Part shown: one piece after another, positions 8,614 through 18,400 of the stretch
Layout of the letters: every line of letters starts with the position of its first letter
Position numbering within the stretch: position 1 is the first letter of the stretch
Source: Exiguobacterium phage vB_EauM-23
Length of the DNA stretch: 32,000 bases
Direction: 5' to 3' (one strand)
Sequence record: MH844558.1
The notes under the pieces: generated by a model
The model's database searches: none
What the model saw: only the letters and a program-made list of their open reading frames with translations
Told to the model about the DNA's origin: nothing
Translations under genes and position numbers: made by a program

Positions 8614-11043
8614 ATGGCAGGACGGGACACGGAGATACAGGTAGACTTTAACGTCAAAGGCGTCGAACAGGTCGAGCGTGGTGATCAGGCGCTCGATAAG
8701 CTCGGCGGTACGGCTGAGAAGTCTGGCAAAGGTGTCGCGGGCCTCGGGGAGCGGATGACCGCTTTCGGGGGCAAGATGGACAAGGTCGGAAAAGGGTTGT
8801 CCGATGTGGGTGGCGCAATGGCGAAAACATTCGGTGCCGGAGCATTAGCCGTCGGCGCAGGACTCGGAACGGCCGTCAACACGGCGATGAACTTCGAGGC
8901 TGCTATGAGTAAGGTTCAGGCCATCAGCAAGGCGTCCGGTGACGATTTGGACCAGTTGAGTAATATCGCCCGTGAGATGGGGGCCACTACACAATTCTCG
9001 GCTTCCCAAGCCGCAGAAGGCTTAACCTATATGGCGATGGCTGGATATGACACCGAGAAAATGATCGGCTCGCTTCCAGGTGTCCTATCGCTTGCGGCCG
9101 CGGGTGGCGCGGACCTCGCTACGACGTCTGACATCGTAACCGACGCAATGAGTGGATTACAGATGTCGGCGGACGAGACAGGGAAGTTCGTCAACATCAT
9201 GGCCGCTACGGTCACCGGTTCGAACACCGACATCACTATGATGGGCGAAACGCTGAAATACACGTCGACAATCGCGGGTAGTTTGGGCGTGTCGATGGAA
9301 GACTTATCTATCGCAATCGGTCTGATGGGTAACAACGCCGTCAAATCGTCTCAAGCGGGTACGGCCATCCGATCAGGTTTGACCCGACTCATCAAGCCAC
9401 CGAAAGAGGCGGCGGACGCCATGAAAAAATTCGGTGTCGAAGTCATGAAAAACTCGGACGGAACCATCAACCTACGCGATACCATGCAAGGATTAAGAAC
9501 GGCACTCGTGGACGTCGACCCGGCAACGAAGAACGCGGCGGCCGCTGCCATCTTCGGTCAAGAAGCGTTCGGTGCATGGCTCGCCATCGTCGATTCGTCT
9601 GATGAATCGTTCGATAAACTTGCAAGCTCGATTGATAACAGCGAAGGTGTGGCGAGCACGATGGCTGACGTGATGAATAATAACCTCGCCGGAGCATTTA
9701 AAACACTCAATTCCGCACTTGAAGAAGCGCAAATATCCATCGGTCAACAATTGATCCCTGCGGTAAGGTGGGGAGCGGAAGCCATCAACGGACTCGTCAA
9801 CAAGTTCAACGCCTTGTCACCGGCCACGAAGAAGTTCATCGCGTTCGGCGCGGCGGGTTTGTTCGTGTTCTTGGCACTCGGGGCGGTCATCGGTGTGTTC
9901 CTCATGGCGCTTGGTGGCATCATCACGTCAGTCGGTACGGTTGCGACTGCACTTGGTGGCGTCATTACGGCGTTCGGCGGTGTAGGCGCGGCGATATCGG
10001 CGATTCTTGGTCCGATCGCACTCGTCATCGGTGTCGTCGTGGCACTCGGGGGGGCGTTCTATCTACTATGGACCCGCTCAGAGACGTTCAGGAACGGACT
10101 CATCTCGTTATGGGAATCACTCAAGGCGCAACTTACGACGGCGCTCAACACGGCCGTTGCGTTCTTCCAGGGCATCGGGCAACAGCTCGTAACTTGGTGG
10201 CAGACGAACGGCACCATGATCATGGCGGCCGCTCAAAACGTCATCACGTTCTTGACGGTCTTGTTCCAGTCGTTCCTCCCGGTATTCCAAGGAATCTGGA
10301 CCATCGCAACAACGGTCGTACAGTTGGCATGGTCGGTCATCACCGCGGTCATTTCTGGTGCGATCGCAGTCATCACCGGATTGGTCACGTTCTTCGCCGC
10401 CGTCTTCACCGGGAATTGGTCGGCGGCGTTCGACGCGGTCGCGGGAATCGTCGAGGCAGGTCGCACGTTATGGACCACGGTCATCGATGCGGCGCTTAAT
10501 GCCATCCTGACCATCGTCTCGACAATACTCGAATCGGTGTATCAGACGTTCCAGAACATCTGGGGCAACATCACCGGTTTCCTTGAGGGCATCGACCTGT
10601 ACAGCATCGGCTCAGACATCATGAGCGGGTTGCTGAACGGTATCTCGGACATGGGCGAAAAGGTCCTGTCGAAAGCGAAAGAGATTGCCATCGGCATCAA
10701 AGACACGGTCGCAGGGATGCTCGGCGTCAAGTCGCCGTCTCGCGTCATGATGGAAATCGGGATGTGGACGAGTGCGGGTATGGCGCTCGGTATGGAGCAG
10801 GGCGCTCCGATGGTCGAGAAGTCATCCGCTCAGGTGGCAGACGCCGCGGTCTTCGGTCCGGCATCTGGCTCGGTGAGCAACAGCACCGCGAACTCGTCAT
10901 CTTCGACGGTCAACAAACCACAAATCACGATCAACATCAACGGGGGAGGCAACGCCGGGGAAATCGCTTCAAGCGTGAGGGGCGAACTAGAAGATTGGTT
11001 CGCGTCGCTCGGCAACGTCAGCCCTCGCTCAATCGAGGTGTAA
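8614..11043 (+). CDS. Tail tape measure protein
   Basis: 809 aa; MEKVGKGLSD...AMNFEAAMSKVQAISKASGDDLDQLSNIAREMGATTQFSASQAAEGLTYMAMAGYD; hydrophobic central region. Confidence 0.95.
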   Translation: MAGRDTEIQVDFNVKGVEQVERGDQALDKLGGTAEKSGKGVAGLGERMTAFGGKMDKVGKGLSDVGGAMAKTFGAGALAVGAGLGTAVNTAMNFEAAMSKVQAISKASGDDLDQLSNIAREMGATTQFSASQAAEGLTYMAMAGYDTEKMIGSLPGVLSLAAAGGADLATTSDIVTDAMSGLQMSADETGKFVNIMAATVTGSNTDITMMGETLKYTSTIAGSLGVSMEDLSIAIGLMGNNAVKSSQAGTAIRSGLTRLIKPPKEAADAMKKFGVEVMKNSDGTINLRDTMQGLRTALVDVDPATKNAAAAAIFGQEAFGAWLAIVDSSDESFDKLASSIDNSEGVASTMADVMNNNLAGAFKTLNSALEEAQISIGQQLIPAVRWGAEAINGLVNKFNALSPATKKFIAFGAAGLFVFLALGAVIGVFLMALGGIITSVGTVATALGGVITAFGGVGAAISAILGPIALVIGVVVALGGAFYLLWTRSETFRNGLISLWESLKAQLTTALNTAVAFFQGIGQQLVTWWQTNGTMIMAAAQNVITFLTVLFQSFLPVFQGIWTIATTVVQLAWSVITAVISGAIAVITGLVTFFAAVFTGNWSAAFDAVAGIVEAGRTLWTTVIDAALNAILTIVSTILESVYQTFQNIWGNITGFLEGIDLYSIGSDIMSGLLNGISDMGEKVLSKAKEIAIGIKDTVAGMLGVKSPSRVMMEIGMWTSAGMALGMEQGAPMVEKSSAQVADAAVFGPASGSVSNSTANSSSSTVNKPQITININGGGNAGEIASSVRGELEDWFASLGNVSPRSIEV

Positions 11044-11044
11044 C

Positions 11045-11626
11045 ATGGCGAAACTAGGCACATATCAAATCAACGTCATTGAAGAGGGAAGTTCGTACTC
11101 AGTCGACGCCACGGAACACGAGGTCGAGAAAGGTGTCTCCATCACGGATCACGTCAAGGCCAATAATGCGAGCTTCACCATCAACGGGAAAGCGGTAGGT
11201 AGCAAGCAACACGTCGCCCGGCTCGAGAAGTATTTCAAGGAATCCATGGAGAAGGGGCGCATCCTGACCTATGTCGGGCGCTCCCGCTTCTCGAACGTCA
11301 TCATCGTGTCGTTCAACCGAAAGCAGAACTCCAAAATCGCGAACGGTTTTGCGTTCGATATGCAACTCCGTGAGGTACGCATCGCCCGGTCATCGGTCAA
11401 ACGCAACTCCCAGACAGCCAAGAAACAGAACGGCGGCACGGTGCAGAAGACACAGAACAAACAAGGCTCGAAGCGGTATTACACCGTGAAAAGAGGCGAC
11501 ACCTTATGGGCCATCGCCAAGAAGTATTATGGTAAACCGGATTATGCGCGGATTTTCAACGCGAACCGGAACATCATCAAGAACGCGAATCTGATCTATC
11601 CCGGACAGAGACTATTGATCCCGTAG
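11045..11626 (+). CDS. LysM-domain tail/baseplate protein (XkdP-like)
   Basis: C-terminal LysM: YYTVKRGDTLWAIAKKYYGKPDYARIFNANRNIIKNANLIYPGQRLLIP. Confidence 0.88.
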   Translation: MAKLGTYQINVIEEGSSYSVDATEHEVEKGVSITDHVKANNASFTINGKAVGSKQHVARLEKYFKESMEKGRILTYVGRSRFSNVIIVSFNRKQNSKIANGFAFDMQLREVRIARSSVKRNSQTAKKQNGGTVQKTQNKQGSKRYYTVKRGDTLWAIAKKYYGKPDYARIFNANRNIIKNANLIYPGQRLLIP

Positions 11627-11637
11627 GAGGTGGCGAA

Positions 11638-12000
11638 TTGCAACAGACTGAACAATTTGGATATATCGACATCGACAAGGCGCTCATCCCGTACCGGTTC
11701 GACATCACACTGGCCGGCGAAGTCTTTTTCTTCGATGTCCGTTATGCGGAACCGACCGGAATCATCACTGTCGACCTCTATGATGCGGACGAGGACCCTA
11801 TCGTGTTCGGCGAACCGCTCATCTATGGTCAGCCACTATTCGATGACGTGGTGGACGAAAGACTGCCGTTGAACCAACTCGTGCCGTTCGACCCGTCGGG
11901 GAAGTCTTCCCGTGTGACGTTCGACAACCTCGGTGACACGGTGTTTTTATTCGATGTCTCGGAGCCGATCATCGAAGATGAAGGAAGTGGCGCGTTATGA
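11638..12000 (+). CDS. Baseplate plug-like protein (TTG start)
   Basis: 120 aa, TTG start after GTAGGAGGTGG; IPYRFDITLAGEVFFFDVRYAEPTGIITVDLYDADEDPI; position between XkdP- and XkdQ-like genes. Confidence 0.6.
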   Translation: MQQTEQFGYIDIDKALIPYRFDITLAGEVFFFDVRYAEPTGIITVDLYDADEDPIVFGEPLIYGQPLFDDVVDERLPLNQLVPFDPSGKSSRVTFDNLGDTVFLFDVSEPIIEDEGSGAL

Positions 12001-12848
12001 GCACCGTGTTCGGACGGACCACGATACTCGAGGTCGGGAAACGGGTCGCCATCAACTCAGATGACTTGACGATGCGGTTCGACGTCGTGTTTGACGACGA
12101 CACGGACCCGAACGAGTCGGTCATCGAGATTTTCAACTTATCGAAGTCGACCATCGCTTATCTTAAACGTAACGAGCGTGTGTCACTCACGGCGGGTTAT
12201 AAGACGGACGGAAAGGGCGTCATCTTGGCGTCCCGAGTCTCCTCTGTACGGACGCTCATGAGCGGCGTTGACAAGGTCACGCGTATCACCGTCATCGACG
12301 GACCGAACCTCGACGGGATCGAGATGCCGGAACGCACGGAAATAACAGGCAAGAAGAAAAAGACGGTCAAGAAGACACGCAAAAAGACGTATGCGAAGAA
12401 CACGAAGGCGTCCCAAATCGTCAGAGACCTCATCCCTTTGCTCGGTGTGGCTGTCGGGAAGATACGCATCCCTCGGGACGTGACTTTCTCCAAAGGCTAC
12501 ACGGTCGAGGGGAAGGTGCTCGACGAGCTCAAAAAACTGGCCAAGACGTGCCGGTGCCAAGTGTTCATTCATAAACAGCGCCTCTATTTTTGTACGGTCG
12601 CGGATGTGGCCACGTCTACACAGTTCAACTTTTCGAGCGACACCGGTCTCATCGGTTCACCGGAGTATTATGAGAACGACGAGGAGCGGGGCTATAAGCT
12701 CCGTGCCTTGTTACAGTTCCGGGTCGGTGTCGGTTCGCTCGTCAATATAGACAGCCGGACGGCAAAGGGACGTTTCCGTGTCAAGCGCGGGCGTCACTAC
12801 TGGAACGGTTCCGACTTCATGACGGAAATCGAGGTGGTAAAGGCATGA
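11997..12848 (+). CDS. Baseplate hub protein (XkdQ/gpD-like)
   Basis: 283 aa; MRFDVVFDDDTDPNESVIEIFNLSKSTIAYLKRNERVSLTAGY, hub-like phage sequence; ATGA overlap with upstream gene. Confidence 0.8.
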   Translation: MSTVFGRTTILEVGKRVAINSDDLTMRFDVVFDDDTDPNESVIEIFNLSKSTIAYLKRNERVSLTAGYKTDGKGVILASRVSSVRTLMSGVDKVTRITVIDGPNLDGIEMPERTEITGKKKKTVKKTRKKTYAKNTKASQIVRDLIPLLGVAVGKIRIPRDVTFSKGYTVEGKVLDELKKLAKTCRCQVFIHKQRLYFCTVADVATSTQFNFSSDTGLIGSPEYYENDEERGYKLRALLQFRVGVGSLVNIDSRTAKGRFRVKRGRHYWNGSDFMTEIEVVKA

Positions 12849-13222
12849 GTAAATCCATCAAGGTTCTCGATGATTATATCGAACAGAAGTTATATGAGTT
12901 ACGGACGACGACAGTCGGTCGTGTCGAGCGGGTCAACCCGAACGGGACCTATGACATCCAGCCGCTCGTCATGACGATGGAACGCGGGGATGAGGACGGC
13001 GATAAGTTGCCGCTCCTGATCGAAGTGCCGGCGATCGTCCAGAAGGTGAAAATAGACGGGTCTTCGAAACTCGTCGAGCCAGATTATCAGAGAGGCGACA
13101 AGGTACTCGTCTCGTTTTGTGACCGAGATGTCGAGTATGCGCTTCAGGGCCGTCTATCACTGCCCCAAGACTTCAGACGGCATAGTTTGAACGACGCAAT
13201 CGTGATAGGGGGGTTATCATGA
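12845..13222 (+). CDS. Gp138-like membrane-puncturing spike N-terminal domain protein
   Basis: 125 aa OB-fold-like: TTVGRVERVNPNGTYDIQPLV...LIEVPAIVQKVKIDG...YQRGDKVLVSFCDRDVEYALQG. Confidence 0.72.
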   Translation: MSKSIKVLDDYIEQKLYELRTTTVGRVERVNPNGTYDIQPLVMTMERGDEDGDKLPLLIEVPAIVQKVKIDGSSKLVEPDYQRGDKVLVSFCDRDVEYALQGRLSLPQDFRRHSLNDAIVIGGLS

Positions 13223-13578
13223 AAGACCTAAAATTCAAAAATGGCGACCTCATCCTGTCCGGCAATGATTTTCAGATGGTCGAGGGCATCGATGACGTCG
13301 GGCAGTCCGTCGAGTCGACACTAGGGACGAATCTCGGCGAGTTTGAGCTCGAACCCGAGCTTGGCATCGTGTACCTCAACATGGTCGGGAAGGGCATCGC
13401 CGAAGAAGACATCCAGGCAGAAATATTCGCCGGTCTGTCGCAAGAGGAGCGGATTGAGTCGGTGAGCGAGATTGAAGTTGATCGGGACAATACGAACCGA
13501 AACACGACCGTCCGCTTCTCAGCAGTGACGGATACCGGTGAAACGATCGAAAGCGAGGTGGATTTGAATGTTGGATGA
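13219..13578 (+). CDS. Baseplate wedge protein, XkdS/gp25-like (DUF2634)
   Basis: 119 aa; GNDFQMVEGIDDVGQSVESTLGTNLGEFELEPELGIVYLNMVGKG. Confidence 0.8.
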   Translation: MKDLKFKNGDLILSGNDFQMVEGIDDVGQSVESTLGTNLGEFELEPELGIVYLNMVGKGIAEEDIQAEIFAGLSQEERIESVSEIEVDRDNTNRNTTVRFSAVTDTGETIESEVDLNVG

Positions 13579-14737
13579 GAAAGGGTTCCGTCGTAAGACC
13601 TACGACGAACTATTGGAAGATATGGAAATCAAGGCGCGTGAATTGTTCGGTGCAGACATCAACACGTCGCCTCGTGCGTTCATGGGTTTGCTGTTGCGCT
13701 TGTTCGCTTGGTTCCTGTCGCTTGCGTGGGTACTGTTGGAACGCGTCTATTACAGCGGCTATGTATCGACAGCGACCGGCCTACAGCTCGATCGATTGGC
13801 AAAGTTGGTCGGGATTCGACGACGTAACGCGTCACCGGCGAATGGATTGGTCACAATCGAAGGACCGGAAGACAAGGTGATCCCAATCGGGACCGAAGTG
13901 ACAGGAGAGGCGGAAGGCTCGCCGATCTACCAGACGACAGAGGATGCGGTCATCGGTTCAGGTGGTAGTGTCACCATTCCAGTCGAGGCGTTAGAGTCCG
14001 GTACCGCCTTCAACGTCGGCGCGAACGTGCTGATGCAACTGGTCGAACCGGACACGGACATCATGACGATCAACAACCCGAACGCCATCGCGAACGGCCA
14101 GGACCGCGAGGAAGATTACGAGTTTCGGTCCCGTATCTTGGATGCCGTCGCCGGCGGAGGGACGTCGAACATCCGCAATGACCTCTTGGCCGTCGATGGC
14201 GTTCGCGCTGCCACGTTGTTTGAAAACGACCAGAACGAAGAAGTCGACGGGATGCCTCCTCACTCGATCCGTGCTGTTGTGCTCGACGGTGATGACGAGG
14301 CCATCGGTTCAGCTCTTTTGGCAGCAAAGCCGGGCGGCATCCAGACCGTCGGTGATGCGTCGGTCACAGTCAAAGACATGAGCGGACGTGACAAGGTCGT
14401 GAAGTTCGACCGAGCGGAAGAAGTGGACGTCTACATTCGTCTATCTATCACACGGAACGACGCTTTCCCGTTCGATGGCGTGGACCGTGTGAAAACGTCA
14501 CTCGTACAATACATCGGCGGCTTGGGCTCGGACGGACGCCTGTACGCCGGTCTAGGGATGGGTGATGACGTGGTGTTCTCTCGGCTGATCGGGACCGTAT
14601 ACGGTACTCCTGGCGTTTTTGACGTGACAGTGGAGACGTCGGCGGACGGCGTGGCCTACACCGAGTCATCGGTATCGATTGACAATGCTCAAGTCGCCCA
14701 GACGAGACACGACAAGATCGAGGTGACGGTATCATGA
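13568..14737 (+). CDS. Baseplate J-like protein (XkdT-like)
   Basis: 389 aa; ATGLQLDRLAKLVGIRRRNASPANGLVTIEGPEDKVIPIGTEVTG...DREEDYEFRSRILDAVAGGGTSNIRNDLLAVDGVRAA. Confidence 0.93.
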   Translation: MLDEKGFRRKTYDELLEDMEIKARELFGADINTSPRAFMGLLLRLFAWFLSLAWVLLERVYYSGYVSTATGLQLDRLAKLVGIRRRNASPANGLVTIEGPEDKVIPIGTEVTGEAEGSPIYQTTEDAVIGSGGSVTIPVEALESGTAFNVGANVLMQLVEPDTDIMTINNPNAIANGQDREEDYEFRSRILDAVAGGGTSNIRNDLLAVDGVRAATLFENDQNEEVDGMPPHSIRAVVLDGDDEAIGSALLAAKPGGIQTVGDASVTVKDMSGRDKVVKFDRAEEVDVYIRLSITRNDAFPFDGVDRVKTSLVQYIGGLGSDGRLYAGLGMGDDVVFSRLIGTVYGTPGVFDVTVETSADGVAYTESSVSIDNAQVAQTRHDKIEVTVS

Positions 14738-15375
14738 CGGACGGAGGCCGGAAGATTGTAAAGATGCTCGCAGACTATTGGAACAAATCGCCCGGGTCGA
14801 ACGTCTCGAAGGTCTTTCAAATACTTGGGAGTGAAATTGACTCGCTGACGACTACGGCCGAGAAGGTCGAACGGTGGCGAGATATTGATCAGGCGAGAGG
14901 GAAACCGCTCGAACAGCTCGCAGGAAACATCGACCAAAAACGGGGGGCGTCCACGGACGAGATCATGCGCCTCCTCGTCAAGTCGAAGGCGGCACGCGCT
15001 CGTTCGGAAGGGACCATCGACGACATCATCAACACGATCGCGGTCTCTCTCGATGTCTCTCCGAGCCTCATCAACATAACAGAATTGTTCGATGACCCGA
15101 CCGACCCGGAACCCGCCGCGATCAAGATGGCCGGCTTGCCGTTAGGACAACTGTTGAACAGCGGTATATCGCCCGCGCAGTTCGGGCGTATCGTCAAACG
15201 TGCTGCCGCTCCCGGCGTGAAAGTCGCATCCATCGAACTCACGGGAACATTCTCGTTTGCGAATGGGTCGACATCAGAGGCAAGCGTACTCGGATTCGCG
15301 GATATCGACGAGACAACGGGCGGAACGCTATCGGGCTTGCTCGTGCCAGACAACGATCAGAACCTACCACTATAA
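14734..15375 (+). CDS. Baseplate distal protein (XkdU / DUF2313-like region)
   Basis: 213 aa located directly after baseplate J, four-nt overlap; KMLADYWNKSPGSNVSKVFQILGSEID. Confidence 0.65.
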   Translation: MTDGGRKIVKMLADYWNKSPGSNVSKVFQILGSEIDSLTTTAEKVERWRDIDQARGKPLEQLAGNIDQKRGASTDEIMRLLVKSKAARARSEGTIDDIINTIAVSLDVSPSLINITELFDDPTDPEPAAIKMAGLPLGQLLNSGISPAQFGRIVKRAAAPGVKVASIELTGTFSFANGSTSEASVLGFADIDETTGGTLSGLLVPDNDQNLPL

Positions 15376-15390
15376 GAAAGGGTGAAACAT

Positions 15391-15792
15391 ATGCCATTCA
15401 TGCATCCTGTTCCAGATTGGAACGCGCAAGGGGCAGAACCACCGGAGTCGCTTCGGACGAACGGTTGGCAAATCAATCAAAAGCCTCCGGCCGACTATTT
15501 CAACTGGTTTTTCTACAACTCAGCGAAAGCCATCATCGAACTGCAACAAAAAGCCATCAACACCGACCAAAAAGGCGTCGCAAACGGTGTCGCCACACTG
15601 GGAGCAAACGGTAAAGTGCCGACCGTACAACTGCCAACCCTCGCATCGACCGCCACCGACATCACGATCACCGACACCGCCAACTATTACACGTCCACCA
15701 ACGTCGAGGGTGCGCTTGCCGAACTCGGACAGACGCTCAACGGAACCCGCGCCTCCCTCGTCTCCACCGCCCAAGCGTTAGGGGTGATGTGA
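15391..15792 (+). CDS. Tail fibre/tip attachment-like protein
   Basis: ATG 15391 preceded by AAGAAAGGG (track start is 15382 GTG); MPFMHPVPDWNAQGAEPPESLRTNGWQINQKPPADYFNWFFYNSAKAIIELQ motif common at phage fibre N-termini. Confidence 0.72.
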   Translation: MPFMHPVPDWNAQGAEPPESLRTNGWQINQKPPADYFNWFFYNSAKAIIELQQKAINTDQKGVANGVATLGANGKVPTVQLPTLASTATDITITDTANYYTSTNVEGALAELGQTLNGTRASLVSTAQALGVM

Positions 15793-15793
15793 G

Positions 15794-17686
15794 ATGCCGG
15801 TAATCAGTAATGCGACGGTAGCGAGCGGTACGGGGCTATCCACGGCGGGCAACGGCGGGCGCAAGCTCGTGAGGTTGTCGAACGGTTGGCTGGTCGCCGC
15901 TGTAATCAATTTAAACATCTCACCTTCGGACCAACGTTCGGTACGTTTATTCGTCTCTAAAGATAATGGTGGTTCGTGGACGTATCAAACCGCCCAATCT
16001 TACACAACGACGAATACCAATTACACTATCGTGTCGTCAATCGTAGCAAGGGGCAATAGAGTCCATGTCATACTTGCGGCAGATACGGCCATATTTCATA
16101 ATACATTCGACTTTTCTTCTAATACTTGGATGGGGTCTACCGCCGTAGATGGGTCACAGCAGACGGGCAGTATACAGGCGACATCCCTCGCCATCAACGA
16201 AGCCGGCACGGAACTCCACGCCGCATGGTCGAGCAAGAACGCCACCTATCCGAACAGCTTCAACATCCGCTACGCCAAAGGGACAATCAACGGCGACGGT
16301 TCGGTGACGTGGGGTGGGGTTCAACAATTAACTAACATAAACTCATCGGGTGCGGATTACAAAAACCCAACTATGGTTATACGGAGCGGAAATCCAACGA
16401 TTACATTTGAATATCAATATACAGCAGATTCAATTATCGCTTGTTTAAACTTCAATGCGGGTTCTTGGGGTGCTGTGGTATATGTTTACAGGTCTAACGT
16501 TGTTTCACACCAACAAGCCAACCCGTCCTCACTCTTCATCCCACCCGCCATCAACGGACTCGCAAACGGTCGCCTGTGGGTCGCATGGCAAGGCAGAGAC
16601 GCCACCGACAGCGCCAAGTTTAACATCCGTGTCTCCTTCTCGGACGACGGTGGCGTCACGTGGTCCACGCCTGTCAAGCTCACGTCGGGCAACACGTTCG
16701 ACCGCCTCAACGTCAGTCTAAGCGCTGACAAGGCGGGCAAGGTGTTCGCGCTGTACGAGGACCATCAATGGTCGCCGGACCTCGGCATCCGCATGCGAAC
16801 GTTCAGCGGCGGATCGTGGGGCGCAGAGGTCGGTGTCGCCACAGCGGACACAGCGGAGCAACATCCGTCGGCCCTCGTCGACTTCAGCCTGCAAATGACG
16901 ACGCCACCGTTCGTCTACACGGACACGTCGACCGGCGTCTTCTTCAGCGGGAGCTTCAACGCGGGTGCTTCGGTGTCCCCGGCATCAGGCGCACTCGGCA
17001 ACAAGGAGACGCGAACCCTCACCGCGTATACCGTGACACCAGAAGCAGGGTCAACCGTCACGCAGATCGTCGAGCGCATCAACGGCACCATCGTCAACAC
17101 GTTCAACAACCCGGCGAGTCTGTCACGCACGCTGACGGTTCCGCAGGCCACATGGGACGCGCTCGCATACTTCGCCACCCACACGGCAAGCGTCACGGTG
17201 ACGGACAGCAACGGGGCGCAGACGGTGACGACGTACAGCTTCGACAAACGCTTAGCGACAGGTGCGAGTTTGCTAGAGGCGACGAAGGCGAACAATGACG
17301 CACGGACTCGCATCTCGCAGAAACGGGACGCGCTCGCCGCGCAGGTCGGCTTATCCGCAGGGTCAACGTTTGACGCGATTAGCGCGCAGTTGGCGAGTGG
17401 AGTTTTTAAAAAATTTGCGAGCGGTAGTGCTGGCGTTTCCTCGGGCAATAGTTTGACCGTTTCCGGCTTATCTTTCAGACCTTCAACCGTTTTTTGGATT
17501 CAAGGTAGTCTAGTCGGTATTTGGACATCATTAAATCCTAACTCAACAAACTACGTTAGATACGCCTCTAACGCCGCGAGCAATACCAGTAGTTTTGGGA
17601 CGAATCCTCAGGCGGTTATTTCTGACACAGGGTTCAGCATCAGTACAGGAGTCACTGGTCCCCATCTTTGGTTTGCATATGAATAA
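15794..17686 (+). CDS. Receptor-binding tail fibre/spike with sialidase/BNR-like repeat region
   Basis: 630 aa; repeated Asp-box-like motifs such as FVSKDNGGSWTYQ, SFSDDGGVTWSTPVKL and TRISQKRDAL-type spacer; patchy base composition. Confidence 0.7.
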   Translation: MPVISNATVASGTGLSTAGNGGRKLVRLSNGWLVAAVINLNISPSDQRSVRLFVSKDNGGSWTYQTAQSYTTTNTNYTIVSSIVARGNRVHVILAADTAIFHNTFDFSSNTWMGSTAVDGSQQTGSIQATSLAINEAGTELHAAWSSKNATYPNSFNIRYAKGTINGDGSVTWGGVQQLTNINSSGADYKNPTMVIRSGNPTITFEYQYTADSIIACLNFNAGSWGAVVYVYRSNVVSHQQANPSSLFIPPAINGLANGRLWVAWQGRDATDSAKFNIRVSFSDDGGVTWSTPVKLTSGNTFDRLNVSLSADKAGKVFALYEDHQWSPDLGIRMRTFSGGSWGAEVGVATADTAEQHPSALVDFSLQMTTPPFVYTDTSTGVFFSGSFNAGASVSPASGALGNKETRTLTAYTVTPEAGSTVTQIVERINGTIVNTFNNPASLSRTLTVPQATWDALAYFATHTASVTVTDSNGAQTVTTYSFDKRLATGASLLEATKANNDARTRISQKRDALAAQVGLSAGSTFDAISAQLASGVFKKFASGSAGVSSGNSLTVSGLSFRPSTVFWIQGSLVGIWTSLNPNSTNYVRYASNAASNTSSFGTNPQAVISDTGFSISTGVTGPHLWFAYE

Positions 17687-17698
17687 GGAGGTGTCACC

Positions 17699-18112
17699 AT
17701 GCCGAAAATCAACGGTAAGATTTACTACAACAACGTGACGGGCAACGTCCTGCTCGTCGTCAACCAAAACGAGGGCGTGTGGCTACGCGAGACGACGTTT
17801 GCCGAGGACGTGGCGACGTACCCGCAACTCAAAGAGGTCGACCGCAACGTCATCAGCGTCATCCGGCTCGCGTGGGACCAATACAAGCAAGACTTCGCCG
17901 TCTCGCGTCCGGTCAAGGTGGTCAACGGCAAGCTGACGTGGGTGCCGTTCGATGCGCCCGAGACGCCTGCCGAGGACAAGCCGTTTAGTGAGCGGGTGAA
18001 AGAGTTGGAGAAAGAGAATCGACTAATTAAAATCCAAAACCGCGCTTTATCGGACCGCGCCGACTTCGTTGAAGATACGTTGCAAGATATGATTCTTGCG
18101 CTCTATCAATGA
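17699..18112 (+). CDS. XkdW-like phage protein with C-terminal coiled coil
   Basis: 137 aa directly after the fibre gene; FSERVKELEKENRLIKIQNRALSDRADFVEDTLQDMILALYQ. Confidence 0.6.
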   Translation: MPKINGKIYYNNVTGNVLLVVNQNEGVWLRETTFAEDVATYPQLKEVDRNVISVIRLAWDQYKQDFAVSRPVKVVNGKLTWVPFDAPETPAEDKPFSERVKELEKENRLIKIQNRALSDRADFVEDTLQDMILALYQ

Positions 18113-18159
18113 GTCGGCTTTTCTTTTGGATCATGTCGAAGATGAAAGGAGGTGAAGAC

Positions 18160-18288
18160 ATGGTGGCTATGTTCCTTGCACAACGTATCATTCTTGGTAA
18201 ATTGACATTCGCAGAAGTACCAGAATCACTCAAACCGGCAGTTCGTGAAATTCTTATCGACTCTGGTTTGCCTGAACTCGCAGAATAA
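18160..18288 (+). CDS. 42-aa XkdX-position small protein (not in supplied ORF track)
   Basis: ATG 18160 preceded by AAAGGAGGTGAAGAC; MVAMFLAQRIILGKLTFAEVPESLKPAVREILIDSGLPELAE*. Confidence 0.72.
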   Translation: MVAMFLAQRIILGKLTFAEVPESLKPAVREILIDSGLPELAE

Positions 18289-18297
18289 GTACATTCG

Positions 18298-18318
18298 GGC
18301 GTCCTTCGGGGCGCCTTT
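18298..18318 (+). terminator. Candidate Rho-independent terminator with UUCG tetraloop
   Basis: GGCGTCC(18298-18304)-TTCG-GGGCGCC(18309-18315)-TTT; short T-tract. Confidence 0.5.
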
Positions 18319-18400
18319 CTCATGGAGCAATCCACCTATATGTAGCACACAACGAACCAGAGGGGGTCATCCATTGTCACACGAAGGAGAGGTGAACGAA

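Noticed and set aside
9768-10499. 243-aa + strand ORF inside the tape measure gene
   Set aside because: His/Arg/Gly-rich off-frame artefact of a genuine coding frame; no RBS or recognisable domain.
15794-17686. Diversity-generating retroelement variable repeat in the receptor-binding gene
   Set aside because: No reverse transcriptase ORF and no template repeat seen in the window; composition patches are better explained by recombination.
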